Assembly: GCA_963516675.1 (NCBI GenBank)
Contig: CAUQBH010000002.1
Span: forward strand, 35,237-99,236
Direction: 5' to 3'
DNA from: an uncultured Flavobacteriaceae bacterium
Lineage (GTDB): Bacteria > Bacteroidota > Bacteroidia > Flavobacteriales > Weeksellaceae
Length of the DNA stretch: 64,000 bases
The translations under genes were made by a program, and so were the position numbers. This document shows, one piece after another, positions 29,037-38,375 of this stretch. The first letter of the stretch is position 1; each line of letters begins with the position of its first letter. The notes under the pieces were generated by a model. It ran no database searches. It worked only from the letters and a program-made list of their open reading frames with translations, and was not told the origin of the DNA.

Positions 29037-29513
29037 TTCCGAAAAAAGATTTTCTTCTTCCTTTTCGAAGAAAGTGTCTATCAGTAGATTTTCCTTTTGC
29101 GATGCCGCTACAGCGAGCTGGTCGGCTCTTTCATTTTGCGGATGTCCTGCGTGGCCTTTTATCCAATGGAAAGTAGGTTTATACTTGCTGAAAAGCGGGA
29201 TAAATCTTCGCCATAGGTCAGGATTTTTTACATTTTTAAAGCCTTTTTTTATCCAGCCGAAAATCCAGTTTTTATTTACCGCATCGGCTACATATTTACT
29301 ATCAGTAAAGATATGAATATCATGCCCTTCTTCTTTGAGGTTTTCCAGAGCTGTGATTACCGCGAGAAGTTCCATACGGTTGTTGGTCGTCAGCCGATAC
29401 CCTTCCGAAAAACATTTCTCATAGTTTTTCTCTGGTGCCCGCATGATGATACCATAGCCGCCTTTCCCAGGGTTGCCGCTGCACGCACCATCGGTATAGA
29501 TTTCTATCCTCAT
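29034..29513 (-). CDS. rnhA: Ribonuclease HI
   Basis: MRIEIYTDGACSGNPGKGGYG... then TNNRMEL, FTDSKYV and a C-terminal HAGHPQNERADQLA. Start placed at Met-11 of the ORF, because the longer form would overlap the dnaB 3' end. Confidence 0.85.
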   Translation of the reverse strand: MRIEIYTDGACSGNPGKGGYGIIMRAPEKNYEKCFSEGYRLTTNNRMELLAVITALENLKEEGHDIHIFTDSKYVADAVNKNWIFGWIKKGFKNVKNPDLWRRFIPLFSKYKPTFHWIKGHAGHPQNERADQLAVAASQKENLLIDTFFEKEEENLFSE

Positions 29514-29517
29514 ATTT

Positions 29518-31068
29518 TTAGAAAGGCATGTCATCTTCATCATTCATAGATGAAGCGGAAAGATTATTCTTAGGTAAATCAAATGCCGCCGAAGGGTCTA
29601 TGCTTACTCGGATGTTATCAAAAGCATTCTGATTTGGCTGAGCGTAAGAAGGCTGTTCATTAGTTCCAAATAAATCCAAATCCGAGAACTTTGCTAAACT
29701 TGATTGGAACGAAAGTCTTACATCTGTAACGGCACCATTCCTGTGCTTTCCGATAATGAGTTCCGCCTGCCCAGCAGATGAGCTTCCATCTTCCCAAGTT
29801 TCTATTTTGTAATATTCAGGACGGAAGAGGAAAGAAACGATATCGGCATCCTGCTCAATCGCTCCTGATTCCCTCAAATCCGAAAGCTGAGGGCGTTTAT
29901 TTGGTCTTCCTTCCACACTTCTGGATAGCTGAGAAAGAGCAATCACAGGGACATTAAGTTCTTTTGCAATGGCTTTTAGGGAACGCGAAATAGTCGCAAT
30001 TTCCTGCTCTCGGTTTCCTGAGCCTTTTCCACCGTTGTTTGCGGTCATCAGCTGGAGATAGTCCACCATGATGATTTTCACGCCGTGCTGCATTACGAGT
30101 CTTCGGCATTTAGCTCTAAAATCAAATACAGAAAGCGCTGGAGTTTCATCTATATAAAGCGGAGCATTTTCCAGCTCGGATACATTATTAAAAAGTCTTT
30201 GCCATTCCTCATCACTCATTTGTCCTTTTCTCAGTTTTTCTGATGAAATACCCGTTTCGGAGGCTATCATCCTTGTGATGAGCTGTACAGAGGCCATCTC
30301 TAACGAGAAAAGCGCCATTGGGATTTGATGCTCAACGGTGATATTTCTTGCCATAGAAAGCAGGAAAGCCGTTTTACCCATCGCAGGACGAGCAGCGATG
30401 ATGATGAGGTCAGAATTCTGCCAGCCGCCAGTTTCTTTATCAACATCTCTAAAGCCCGAAGGAATACCAGAGAGCCCTTCTTTGTCTTTTAGAGCTTTGA
30501 TTTTATCGATGGCTTCCTTTACCAAAGAGTTGGCTGTATCGAAACCTTTTTTTATGGTTCCGTTTGTGATTTCAAAGAAACCCTGCTCGGCTTTGTCCAA
30601 AAGCTCAAAAACATCGGTAGATTCTTTGTAAGAACTGTCAATAACATTGGCAGAAACATTGATAAGTGAGCGGAGGATGTATTTCTCCAAAATGATTCTC
30701 ACATGGTATTCTATATGCGCAGAAGAACTCACCACAGTGGTAAGGTCTATGATGTAGTGGTCACCCCCCGCCAAACTCAGCTTTTCGGCGCGTTTCAGTT
30801 CCTGAATCACGGTCACCATATCCACAGGGTGGTTGTTTTCATAGAGTTTTAGAATCGCTCTGAAAATTTCCTGATGTCTTGGGTCGTAGAAAACCTCTGG
30901 TTTTAGCAAGTCTATGGAGTGGTCCAGACCTTTCTTGTCAATCAAAAAAGTCCCGATTACGAGTTTTTCAAAATCCACTGCATTAGGCGGAACTTTCCCT
31001 TGAGAAATAGACAGTTCCTTTGCAAAATTTCCATGCGTGAGAGATGATAATGTTTCTTTTTGTACCAT
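29518..31068 (-). CDS. dnaB: Replicative DNA helicase DnaB
   Basis: 516 aa with an N-terminal helical domain and a C-terminal RecA-like domain with Walker A (AARPAMGKTAF). No intein present. Confidence 0.92.
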   Translation of the reverse strand: MVQKETLSSLTHGNFAKELSISQGKVPPNAVDFEKLVIGTFLIDKKGLDHSIDLLKPEVFYDPRHQEIFRAILKLYENNHPVDMVTVIQELKRAEKLSLAGGDHYIIDLTTVVSSSAHIEYHVRIILEKYILRSLINVSANVIDSSYKESTDVFELLDKAEQGFFEITNGTIKKGFDTANSLVKEAIDKIKALKDKEGLSGIPSGFRDVDKETGGWQNSDLIIIAARPAMGKTAFLLSMARNITVEHQIPMALFSLEMASVQLITRMIASETGISSEKLRKGQMSDEEWQRLFNNVSELENAPLYIDETPALSVFDFRAKCRRLVMQHGVKIIMVDYLQLMTANNGGKGSGNREQEIATISRSLKAIAKELNVPVIALSQLSRSVEGRPNKRPQLSDLRESGAIEQDADIVSFLFRPEYYKIETWEDGSSSAGQAELIIGKHRNGAVTDVRLSFQSSLAKFSDLDLFGTNEQPSYAQPNQNAFDNIRVSIDPSAAFDLPKNNLSASSMNDEDDMPF

Positions 31069-31189
31069 GGGACAAAGATAAAGATTAAACTCTCAAAATT
31101 CTACGTAATGTTGAAAAGTAACTATAAATTATAACAAATAATTATAAATCAGTCAATTACGAGTTTTAAGAATGTTAATAAAATTACAT

Positions 31190-31220
31190 AAAAAAATCCA
31201 GTAACGCATACTGGATTTTT
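31190..31220. terminator. Terminator hairpin (ATCCAG/CTGGAT, A-run and T-run flanks) downstream of the flotillin gene
   Basis: AAAAAAATCCAGTAACGCATACTGGATTTTTCTG. Confidence 0.5.
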
Positions 31221-31229
31221 CTGATTTTT

Positions 31230-32771
31230 TTAAAGTTCCTCTTCAGGTTCATTGTTTTCAATGATGATTTCCTCATTTTTTGCCTTTGGCTCTTGATGAG
31301 GAATTTCGCTTTTTCCTTTTAGATATTCAGGAAGATTAAGCCCAGCCATATTAAATAAATCATTCAGAGGTGGCACGGTTTTCATCATTCCTGAAACGAA
31401 ATTAGCCGTGGAAGTATTTCCGTCAGGATTGTTCCCGCTGTCCCAAACTGTAACTTTATCAATTTTAATATTTTTAACGGCTTCCACCTGAGTTTTAACC
31501 AATTCAGGAAGTTTTTCAATAAGCAGTAATTGGAACGCAGAGTTGGTATCTCCACCAGCAGCTTTTACCACTTGGTCATAACCTTCAGCCTGTTTTGTAA
31601 GGATTTCAAGGAGACCTTTCGCTTCGGCTTCCATTTTCAGGTAGATAGCATCGGCTTCCCCTTTGGCTTTCAGTCTGATTTTTTCAGCTTCCGCTTCTGC
31701 ATCGATGATGGCTTTTTGTCTGGAGATTTCCGCAGGAACTACGATGTTGGCATTTTGTGTAGAACGCTCTCTTTCAGCTCTCGCAGCTTCCGCTTTTTGT
31801 TCAGCCAAATAAGATTCCTCAAGGGCTTTTGCTGCCTGAACTTTCTCTGCTGTGATTGCTATTTTGAGGGCTTCGGCTTCTTTTTCTCTTCTCTGTGCAT
31901 CGGAATTAGCGATGGTTATTTTGGCTTCGTTTTCCCCTTTTACGGCAAGGGAATTTGCAAGTGAAGTTGCAATTCTTGATTCCTTTTCAGCTTCGGCTTT
32001 ACCGATGGACTCATCTTTCACAGCGGATGCGATGCTGATTTCTCTGTCTTTTTGAGTAATCGCAATTTTTACATCTCTGTCTCTGTTGGTTTCCGCGATT
32101 TGTACATCTTTTTCTCTGTCAGCTTCTGCTTTACCTGTTTCCCCGATTTTTTCTTGTTCTGCAACGGAAATTTTCGCTTCGTTAATCGCTTTCGCAGCTG
32201 CTTCTTTTCCTAAAGCTTCGATGTAGCCAGACTCATCTTTGATATCGGTTACATTGACATTGATGAGTTTTAGACCTATTTTTTTAAGTTCAGTATCTAC
32301 ATTTTTAGAAATATTTTCAAGGAATTTGTCTCTGTCAGAGTTGATTTCCTCAATGGTCATCGTAGCAATTACCAAACGAAGTTGCCCAAAAAGAATATCC
32401 TTAGAAAGCTCCTGAATCTGCTCTGGCGAAAGCCCTAAAAGTCTTTCAGCGGCATTTCCCATCGTGTCTGTTTCAGTGGAAATAGCGATGGTAAATCGGC
32501 ACGGCACATCCACACGAATATTCTGGCGCGAAAGGGCATTGGTAAGATTGGCTTCGATGGAAATTGGCTTTAAGTCAAGGTATGCAAAGTCTTGAATTAC
32601 AGGCCATACGAATGCGCCTCCACCATGGATGCATCTCGCGGAACTTCCGCCTGTTTTTCCATAAATTACCAAAATTTTGTCCGAAGGACATCTCTTGTAA
32701 CGCGAAATAAGAGAAACAAGAGTCACAAAAAGCACAAAAACTAATGCTACAATAATAATAAACGGGCTCAT
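31230..32771 (-). CDS. Flotillin-family (SPFH/band-7, YqiK-like) membrane scaffold protein
   Basis: 513 aa with an N-terminal TM anchor, an SPFH domain, then a long A/E/K-rich coiled-coil typical of flotillins. Confidence 0.8.
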   Translation of the reverse strand: MSPFIIIVALVFVLFVTLVSLISRYKRCPSDKILVIYGKTGGSSARCIHGGGAFVWPVIQDFAYLDLKPISIEANLTNALSRQNIRVDVPCRFTIAISTETDTMGNAAERLLGLSPEQIQELSKDILFGQLRLVIATMTIEEINSDRDKFLENISKNVDTELKKIGLKLINVNVTDIKDESGYIEALGKEAAAKAINEAKISVAEQEKIGETGKAEADREKDVQIAETNRDRDVKIAITQKDREISIASAVKDESIGKAEAEKESRIATSLANSLAVKGENEAKITIANSDAQRREKEAEALKIAITAEKVQAAKALEESYLAEQKAEAARAERERSTQNANIVVPAEISRQKAIIDAEAEAEKIRLKAKGEADAIYLKMEAEAKGLLEILTKQAEGYDQVVKAAGGDTNSAFQLLLIEKLPELVKTQVEAVKNIKIDKVTVWDSGNNPDGNTSTANFVSGMMKTVPPLNDLFNMAGLNLPEYLKGKSEIPHQEPKAKNEEIIIENNEPEEEL

Positions 32772-32782
32772 ATAATTTTACT

Positions 32783-33352
32783 TTAAATTTTTTCTACAAT
32801 TAAAATTTCATCTTTTATATCAACTACTTTTATAAGTTCGCCAGACAAAATGTCTGTCCCAGAGTTAGTTATCGCATAGAGTTCATGATTGGTTCCCTTC
32901 AGCGAAATAAGAACTTTCCCTTTTCCAAGGCTCTGAGCAGGAATTTTGATATAGACTTCTCCTGTTTTATTTTTTAAATCGTTGATTTTAAAAGTATTGT
33001 CTTCTGATAGTTTAAGTAGTTGTTTAATAATCAAAAAGAAAATCAATACAAAACCAGCTCCCACGACTGCTGCAAGAATGGTAAGTAAAAATTTGTTTTC
33101 TATCATTGGGTAAAAAGCAACACCTGCCCAACCAAAACCGAGTAGAAAATTGGTGAGATTTCTCAATGAGAAAAGCTGAAAAGGAGCATCTGCACCATCA
33201 AAATCTCCGTCAAAATCAGGCTCTGTGCCATCCGTACTGTCACTTCCAATGAAAGTGAGTACTGCCTGAGCCACAAACACTAAACTGCTGAACAATGCTA
33301 CATACCAAAAATAACGATGTAGAACATCTAAATTTTCTAAAAAATCAAACAT
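32783..33352 (-). CDS. NfeD/YqiJ-like membrane protein (partner of the flotillin)
   Basis: 189 aa with TM helices plus a C-terminal beta-rich OB-like segment (GEVYIKIPAQSLGKGKVLISLKG...LIKVVDIKDEILIVEKI). Sits immediately upstream of the flotillin gene, as in yqiJK-type operons. Confidence 0.55.
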   Translation of the reverse strand: MFDFLENLDVLHRYFWYVALFSSLVFVAQAVLTFIGSDSTDGTEPDFDGDFDGADAPFQLFSLRNLTNFLLGFGWAGVAFYPMIENKFLLTILAAVVGAGFVLIFFLIIKQLLKLSEDNTFKINDLKNKTGEVYIKIPAQSLGKGKVLISLKGTNHELYAITNSGTDILSGELIKVVDIKDEILIVEKI

Positions 33353-33446
33353 TTATCTAAAATTTTAAGATTTCCTAAAAATACAATTTTTAGTTTAATT
33401 ATAAAAATGAAAATCATTATTTTTTTCTAAAAAATAGAATTTTTAG

Positions 33447-33476
33447 TTGGAAGTTCTAAAAAAATCCCTATCTTTG
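33447..33476 (+). promoter_or_regulatory. Putative Bacteroidota sigma-A promoter for tRNA-Phe (-33 TTG, 19-bp spacer, -7 TATCTTTG)
   Basis: TTG at 33447-33449 and TATCTTTG at 33469-33476. The tRNA starts about 10 nt downstream. Confidence 0.4.
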
Positions 33477-33486
33477 CACCACGAAA

Positions 33487-33559
<73 letters not shown>

Positions 33560-33560
33560 C

Positions 33561-33590
33561 AAAACCCTCTAATGTAATTGGAGGGTTTTT
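33561..33590 (+). terminator. Terminator after tRNA-Phe (CCCTC...GAGGG + TTTTT)
   Basis: AAAACCCTCTAATGTAATTGGAGGGTTTTTC. Confidence 0.6.
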
Positions 33591-33650
33591 CTATTATAGA
33601 TTGATAATAAATGTAAAATAATCATTAAATTTGCAACTCAAAAATAGATT

Positions 33651-34214
33651 ATGAATAAATATATAAAGTTAGTGATTGCGGGGCTAATGGTAGCAGGAGG
33701 AATATTCCTGATGTTCAACAGACAAGTGGGCTGGGGGATAGTATGTGTAGTTCTATCAATAGTTCCTATTATATTGTTTTTTAAGAATGAATATATTCTT
33801 TTATCTCTTTGGAAGATGAGAGATCAGAAAATAGACGAAGTTGCTAAGCTGCTTTCTAATATTACAGATTATAAAACTCAGCTGCACAGAAGCCAATATG
33901 GATATTATCACTATATGCTGGGGCTTACATATGCTGAAAATCCACTGAAAGCAGAAGGACTGATGAAAACAGCTCTTGAGTATGGAATGAGTATGAAGCA
34001 TGATAGAGCTTTGGCGAAGTTTAATCTGGCGATAGCGGCTCTTGCTAGAGGGAACAAAACAGATGCTCAGAGATTGCTGAATGATGCACAAAAACTAGAC
34101 ACAGCAGGAATGCTTACAGAGCACATCAGAACAATGAAAGAGCAAATGAAAAAGCCAAACATGCAGAAACATATGCATAATCCTAATATGAGACACAGAG
34201 GTAAATTCTTCTAG
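33651..34214 (+). CDS. Hypothetical membrane protein (two N-terminal TM helices, helical TPR-like C-terminal region)
   Basis: 187 aa. No family recognised. Confidence 0.4.
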   Translation: MNKYIKLVIAGLMVAGGIFLMFNRQVGWGIVCVVLSIVPIILFFKNEYILLSLWKMRDQKIDEVAKLLSNITDYKTQLHRSQYGYYHYMLGLTYAENPLKAEGLMKTALEYGMSMKHDRALAKFNLAIAALARGNKTDAQRLLNDAQKLDTAGMLTEHIRTMKEQMKKPNMQKHMHNPNMRHRGKFF

Positions 34215-34247
34215 TTTTGGGATTTGATTACGAATAAAAAATGGAGA

Positions 34248-35225
34248 TTAGTAACTAATCTCCATTTTTCTTAAAATATTTTTAATATCAATGTTATGCA
34301 GGCAAGCCCAGTCGCCGCGATAGCATTCTTTATTCCCAAAAACTGAACACGGTCGGCAGGAAAGGTCGCTCACTTGGACGATATCTTCCTCGCTTTGTCC
34401 ATAGCCGAGAAAACCAGCATAAGGATGCGTCTGTCCCCAGACAGATATACAGCGGGTTCCTACCAGACTGGCCAAGTGCATATTAGCCGAGTCCATAGAA
34501 ATCATCAGTTCTAATTGTGAGATTTTTTCTAATTCTTGTTTTAAAGAAAGTTTCCCTGCGAGGGATTCTGAATTAGGGATTTGTTTTTCCCATTCATTGA
34601 GGATTTCTACTTCCTTTTTTCCGCCACCGAAGAAGAACAATGGTTTTTCTTTGGCGATTTCCTTAGCTAATTCAAAAGATTTTTCCAACGGAAGCATTTT
34701 CCCGAAGTGCTGTGCAAAAGGCGCAAATCCTACGCCGTTTTTTATTCCTAGCTGAGGTTTGAGCTGATGTGAAAGCGTTAATGAAAATCCCATTTTTCTC
34801 AAAACATCGGCATATCTTTCGGTGTTTTTTTTGAGTTGGGTTTTATTAAGGTTTTTGGTGTCAATTAGTTGTTTTTTCTCTTTTCGCCCTTTGTCTATTT
34901 TATAAATAGGAAGTCTTTTTAGCCAAAAGAAAAAATTGAGAATATTGGATCTGAGGACATTATGAAAGTCAGCAACCATATCCGGCTGAAATTCAGATAG
35001 GATTTCGGTGGACAGTTTTTTTAGTCCAAAAAAACCTTCATATTCCTTTAAATCCACTCCTTTAAATTTGAGCCTTGGAATTCCATCAAATAAATCTTTG
35101 AAATTTTTTCTGGAAACCATCAGGATTTCTGTATCAGGATTTTCATCAAGAAACTCTTTGAGAACGGACACCAGCATGGCGATGTCGCCAAATGCGGAAA
35201 AACGGTAAGCGAGTATTTTGGTCAC
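34248..35225 (-). CDS. Glycosyltransferase family 9 (LPS heptosyltransferase-like)
   Basis: 325 aa. The N-terminal KILAYRFSAFGDIAMLVSVLKEF is typical of GT9 heptosyltransferases. Confidence 0.7.
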   Translation of the reverse strand: MTKILAYRFSAFGDIAMLVSVLKEFLDENPDTEILMVSRKNFKDLFDGIPRLKFKGVDLKEYEGFFGLKKLSTEILSEFQPDMVADFHNVLRSNILNFFFWLKRLPIYKIDKGRKEKKQLIDTKNLNKTQLKKNTERYADVLRKMGFSLTLSHQLKPQLGIKNGVGFAPFAQHFGKMLPLEKSFELAKEIAKEKPLFFFGGGKKEVEILNEWEKQIPNSESLAGKLSLKQELEKISQLELMISMDSANMHLASLVGTRCISVWGQTHPYAGFLGYGQSEEDIVQVSDLSCRPCSVFGNKECYRGDWACLHNIDIKNILRKMEISY

Positions 35226-35644
35226 GATTTTAGTTGATAAGCTACAGCGTAGAATTTTATTTGTTTTATCATAGAGGCAAGTCCATTTGCTCTGGAAGGA
35301 GAGAGGAATTCCTGAAGTCCGATTTTGGAAATAAAATCAAAATCAGCCGCCAGAATTTCTTCGGCAGTATGTCCGCTGTATACTCCCACTAGAAGAGAAA
35401 TAATTCCTTTTGGCAAAATTCCGTCAGAATCTGCAAGGAAAAAAATCTTGCCATCGCGCAGTTCAGCATCCAGCCAAACCTGAGACTGACAGCCTTTTAT
35501 TAAAATATCTTCTTTCTTTTTTTCCTCTGGAAGACCTTTTAGTTCTTTGCCCAAATCTATGATATATTCATACTTCTGCTCCCAGTCCGAGAGAAAGGCA
35601 AAATCATCTATTAGTTCCTGTTGTTTTTCCTTGATACTCATCAT
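35222..35644 (-). CDS. sufE: SufE-family sulfur acceptor protein
   Basis: 140 aa. The IKGCQSQVWL block carries the conserved cysteine of SufE/CsdE. Overlaps the GT9 gene by 4 bp. Confidence 0.8.
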   Translation of the reverse strand: MMSIKEKQQELIDDFAFLSDWEQKYEYIIDLGKELKGLPEEKKKEDILIKGCQSQVWLDAELRDGKIFFLADSDGILPKGIISLLVGVYSGHTAEEILAADFDFISKIGLQEFLSPSRANGLASMIKQIKFYAVAYQLKS

Positions 35645-35798
35645 ACGATTTTTGCAAAAATAAAAAATATAACAGATTTCAGGGCAGAAAAATTTTTAAA
35701 CAACTTTAAAAATAAAATATGACATAAAGTCAGACGAAAAAAATGGTAAAATATTTGATATTGTTTGTTGAATAATTACTAATTTAGTAATATAATTT

Positions 35799-38318
35799 AT
35801 GATGATTATGGAAAATAAGTTTTCGGAGGGAATGGACAGGGTGCTTCGCCATAGTAGACTAGAAGCAAACAGGCTGAAAAGCGAGTTTCTGAATACAGAA
35901 CATTTCTTGCTGGGAATCATCGGCACGGAGAATTCTGCAAGAAATATTTTGGAAGCATTGAAAGCAGATTTGGTTCAAATTCGTAGAAAGATAGAAAATA
36001 TCAGCATCAATAATAATTTTAGCTCAAATCCTGATAGGAATGTTATGTTTACTAAAATGGCAGAATATTCTTTGAAAAGAGCATCTTTGGAGAGTAAGCA
36101 GTATCGTTCGGATGAGGTCAATACGATTCATCTTTTGCTGGGAATTTTATATAAAATAGATGACCCTACTACGCATATTTTGGAGGCGTATGATATTGAT
36201 TATGAAAGTGTAGCAGCTGAATATAGAGCAATGCTCAAAAATAGCGGACAGTTGCCAAAAGCTTCTTTTGATGATGAGGAAGACGATGCTGAGGACGCTG
36301 CATTTCCACAAACCAATAAACCAACGGGAAATATCGGGACAGGAAAAAGCAAAACACCTACGCTGGATAATTTCGGAAGGGATTTGACAACGATGGCAAA
36401 AGAAGGGAAATTAGATCCTGTGATTGGTCGTGAAAACGAAATCGAAAGGGTGTCCCAGATTCTCAGTCGAAGAAAGAAAAACAATCCACTGCTCATCGGT
36501 GAGCCTGGGGTTGGTAAATCTGCAATCGCAGAAGGTTTGGCGCTGAGAATTCATCAGAAAAAAGTTTCGCGAGTTCTTTATAACAAACGAGTGATAACGC
36601 TTGATTTGGCGAGTTTGGTTGCGGGAACTAAATATCGTGGGCAGTTTGAGGAGCGAATGAAAGCCATAATGACTGAGCTGGAAAAAAATAGAGATGTCAT
36701 TTTATTTATAGATGAATTACACACTATCGTAGGAGCGGGAAGTTCCACAGGAAGTCTGGATGCTTCTAATATTTTCAAACCTGCTTTGGCGCGAGGGGAA
36801 ATCCAATGCATTGGGGCAACGACTTTGGATGAATACCGCCAGTATATAGAGAAAGACGGAGCACTAGAGCGTCGTTTCCAAAAAGTGATGGTAGAGCCTA
36901 CCAGCGTGGAAGAGACTATTCAGATATTAAACCAAGTAAAAGAAAAATACGAAGAGCATCATAATGTAACCTATACAGATGAGGCGATCAGAGCTTGTGT
37001 AAACCTTACTACAAGGTATATCACGGACAGATTCCTTCCAGATAAAGCTCTCGATGCGATGGATGAGGCGGGCTCTCGTGTTTATATCAAAAACATGAAA
37101 GTTCCTTCGGCAATCACTTCGTATGAACAACAAATAGAGGAAGTTAAGGAACTTAAACAAAAAGCCGTAAAAGCCCAAGACTATTTGGAAGCGAGAAAAT
37201 ACAAAGAAGAGGAAGAACGCCTGATGATAGAGCTGAACCTTGCACAGCAGGAATGGGATAACGAAATCAAGGAGCGAAAACAAATCGTTACGGAAGAAAA
37301 TGTAGCCGAGGTGGTTTCTATGATGAGTGGAGTTCCTGTAACAAAAGTGGGTAAAAACGAACTGGACAAATTGGCACAAATGGACAATGTGCTCAATGGA
37401 AAAGTTATCGGGCAGGAAGAAGCCGTTAAAAAAGTTGTTCGGGCTATCCAAAGAAACAGAGCAGGTCTGAAAGACCCTAAAAAACCAATAGGAACATTTA
37501 TTTTCTTGGGAAGCACAGGAGTAGGAAAAACCGAATTAGCAAAAGTGATGGCTCGTGAGCTGTTTGACTCTGATGATGCCCTTATCCGAATAGATATGAG
37601 TGAATATATGGAGAAATTCGCGGTGTCTAGGCTGGTAGGTGCGCCTCCAGGGTATGTGGGCTATGAAGAAGGCGGACAGCTTACGGAAGCAGTCAGAAGA
37701 AAGCCTTATGCAGTGGTTCTTTTGGATGAAATAGAAAAAGCACACCCAGATGTATTCAATATTTTATTGCAAATTTTGGATGAAGGTTTTGTGACGGATT
37801 CTTTGGGTAGAAAAGTAGATTTCCGAAATACAGTTATTATCTTGACTTCTAATATTGGTTCAAGAGACTTGAAGGATTTCGGAGATGGGGTAGGTTTTGG
37901 AACAGCAGCGAAAAAATCCACTTCTGATGCCAGAGCAAGAAGTACGATAGAAAACGCCCTAAAAAGAGCCTTTGCACCAGAGTTTCTTAATAGAATAGAT
38001 GATATTATTTTCTTTAATGCTTTACAAAAAGAAGATATCCATAGAATAATAGATTTGGAGCTTGGCAAACTATATTCTCGTTTAGAAAAACTGAACTATA
38101 AAGTGGAGCTGACAGATGAAGCCAAAGAATTCATTGTAGAGAAAGGCTGGGATAAAGATTTCGGTGCGAGACCACTGAAAAGAGCTATCCAAAAATACAT
38201 AGAGGATATCCTTGCCGAGATGCTGGTGAATAAGGAAATGCAGGAAGGAGATACGGTAATTTTAGAGGTGAATGAAAATAAAGATTCACTCATCGGAAGA
38301 GTAAAATCAAAAATATAG
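35799..38318 (+). CDS. clpC: ATP-dependent Clp protease ATP-binding subunit ClpC (two Clp-N repeats, two AAA+ modules, UVR-like linker)
   Basis: 839 aa with a Clp_N repeat pair, D1 Walker A (GEPGVGKSA), a short middle domain carrying a UVR-like coiled coil (too short for ClpB), and D2 Walker A (GSTGVGKTE). Confidence 0.88.
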   Translation: MMIMENKFSEGMDRVLRHSRLEANRLKSEFLNTEHFLLGIIGTENSARNILEALKADLVQIRRKIENISINNNFSSNPDRNVMFTKMAEYSLKRASLESKQYRSDEVNTIHLLLGILYKIDDPTTHILEAYDIDYESVAAEYRAMLKNSGQLPKASFDDEEDDAEDAAFPQTNKPTGNIGTGKSKTPTLDNFGRDLTTMAKEGKLDPVIGRENEIERVSQILSRRKKNNPLLIGEPGVGKSAIAEGLALRIHQKKVSRVLYNKRVITLDLASLVAGTKYRGQFEERMKAIMTELEKNRDVILFIDELHTIVGAGSSTGSLDASNIFKPALARGEIQCIGATTLDEYRQYIEKDGALERRFQKVMVEPTSVEETIQILNQVKEKYEEHHNVTYTDEAIRACVNLTTRYITDRFLPDKALDAMDEAGSRVYIKNMKVPSAITSYEQQIEEVKELKQKAVKAQDYLEARKYKEEEERLMIELNLAQQEWDNEIKERKQIVTEENVAEVVSMMSGVPVTKVGKNELDKLAQMDNVLNGKVIGQEEAVKKVVRAIQRNRAGLKDPKKPIGTFIFLGSTGVGKTELAKVMARELFDSDDALIRIDMSEYMEKFAVSRLVGAPPGYVGYEEGGQLTEAVRRKPYAVVLLDEIEKAHPDVFNILLQILDEGFVTDSLGRKVDFRNTVIILTSNIGSRDLKDFGDGVGFGTAAKKSTSDARARSTIENALKRAFAPEFLNRIDDIIFFNALQKEDIHRIIDLELGKLYSRLEKLNYKVELTDEAKEFIVEKGWDKDFGARPLKRAIQKYIEDILAEMLVNKEMQEGDTVILEVNENKDSLIGRVKSKI

Positions 38319-38375
38319 TTTAAAACAAAAATAAAAAAGACACCATTTTCGGTGTCTTTTTTTTATTGATGAGGT

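Noticed and set aside
35645-35798. CtsR-type operator upstream of clpC
   Set aside because: No GGTCAAA-like direct repeat is present. Bacteroidota are not expected to use CtsR.
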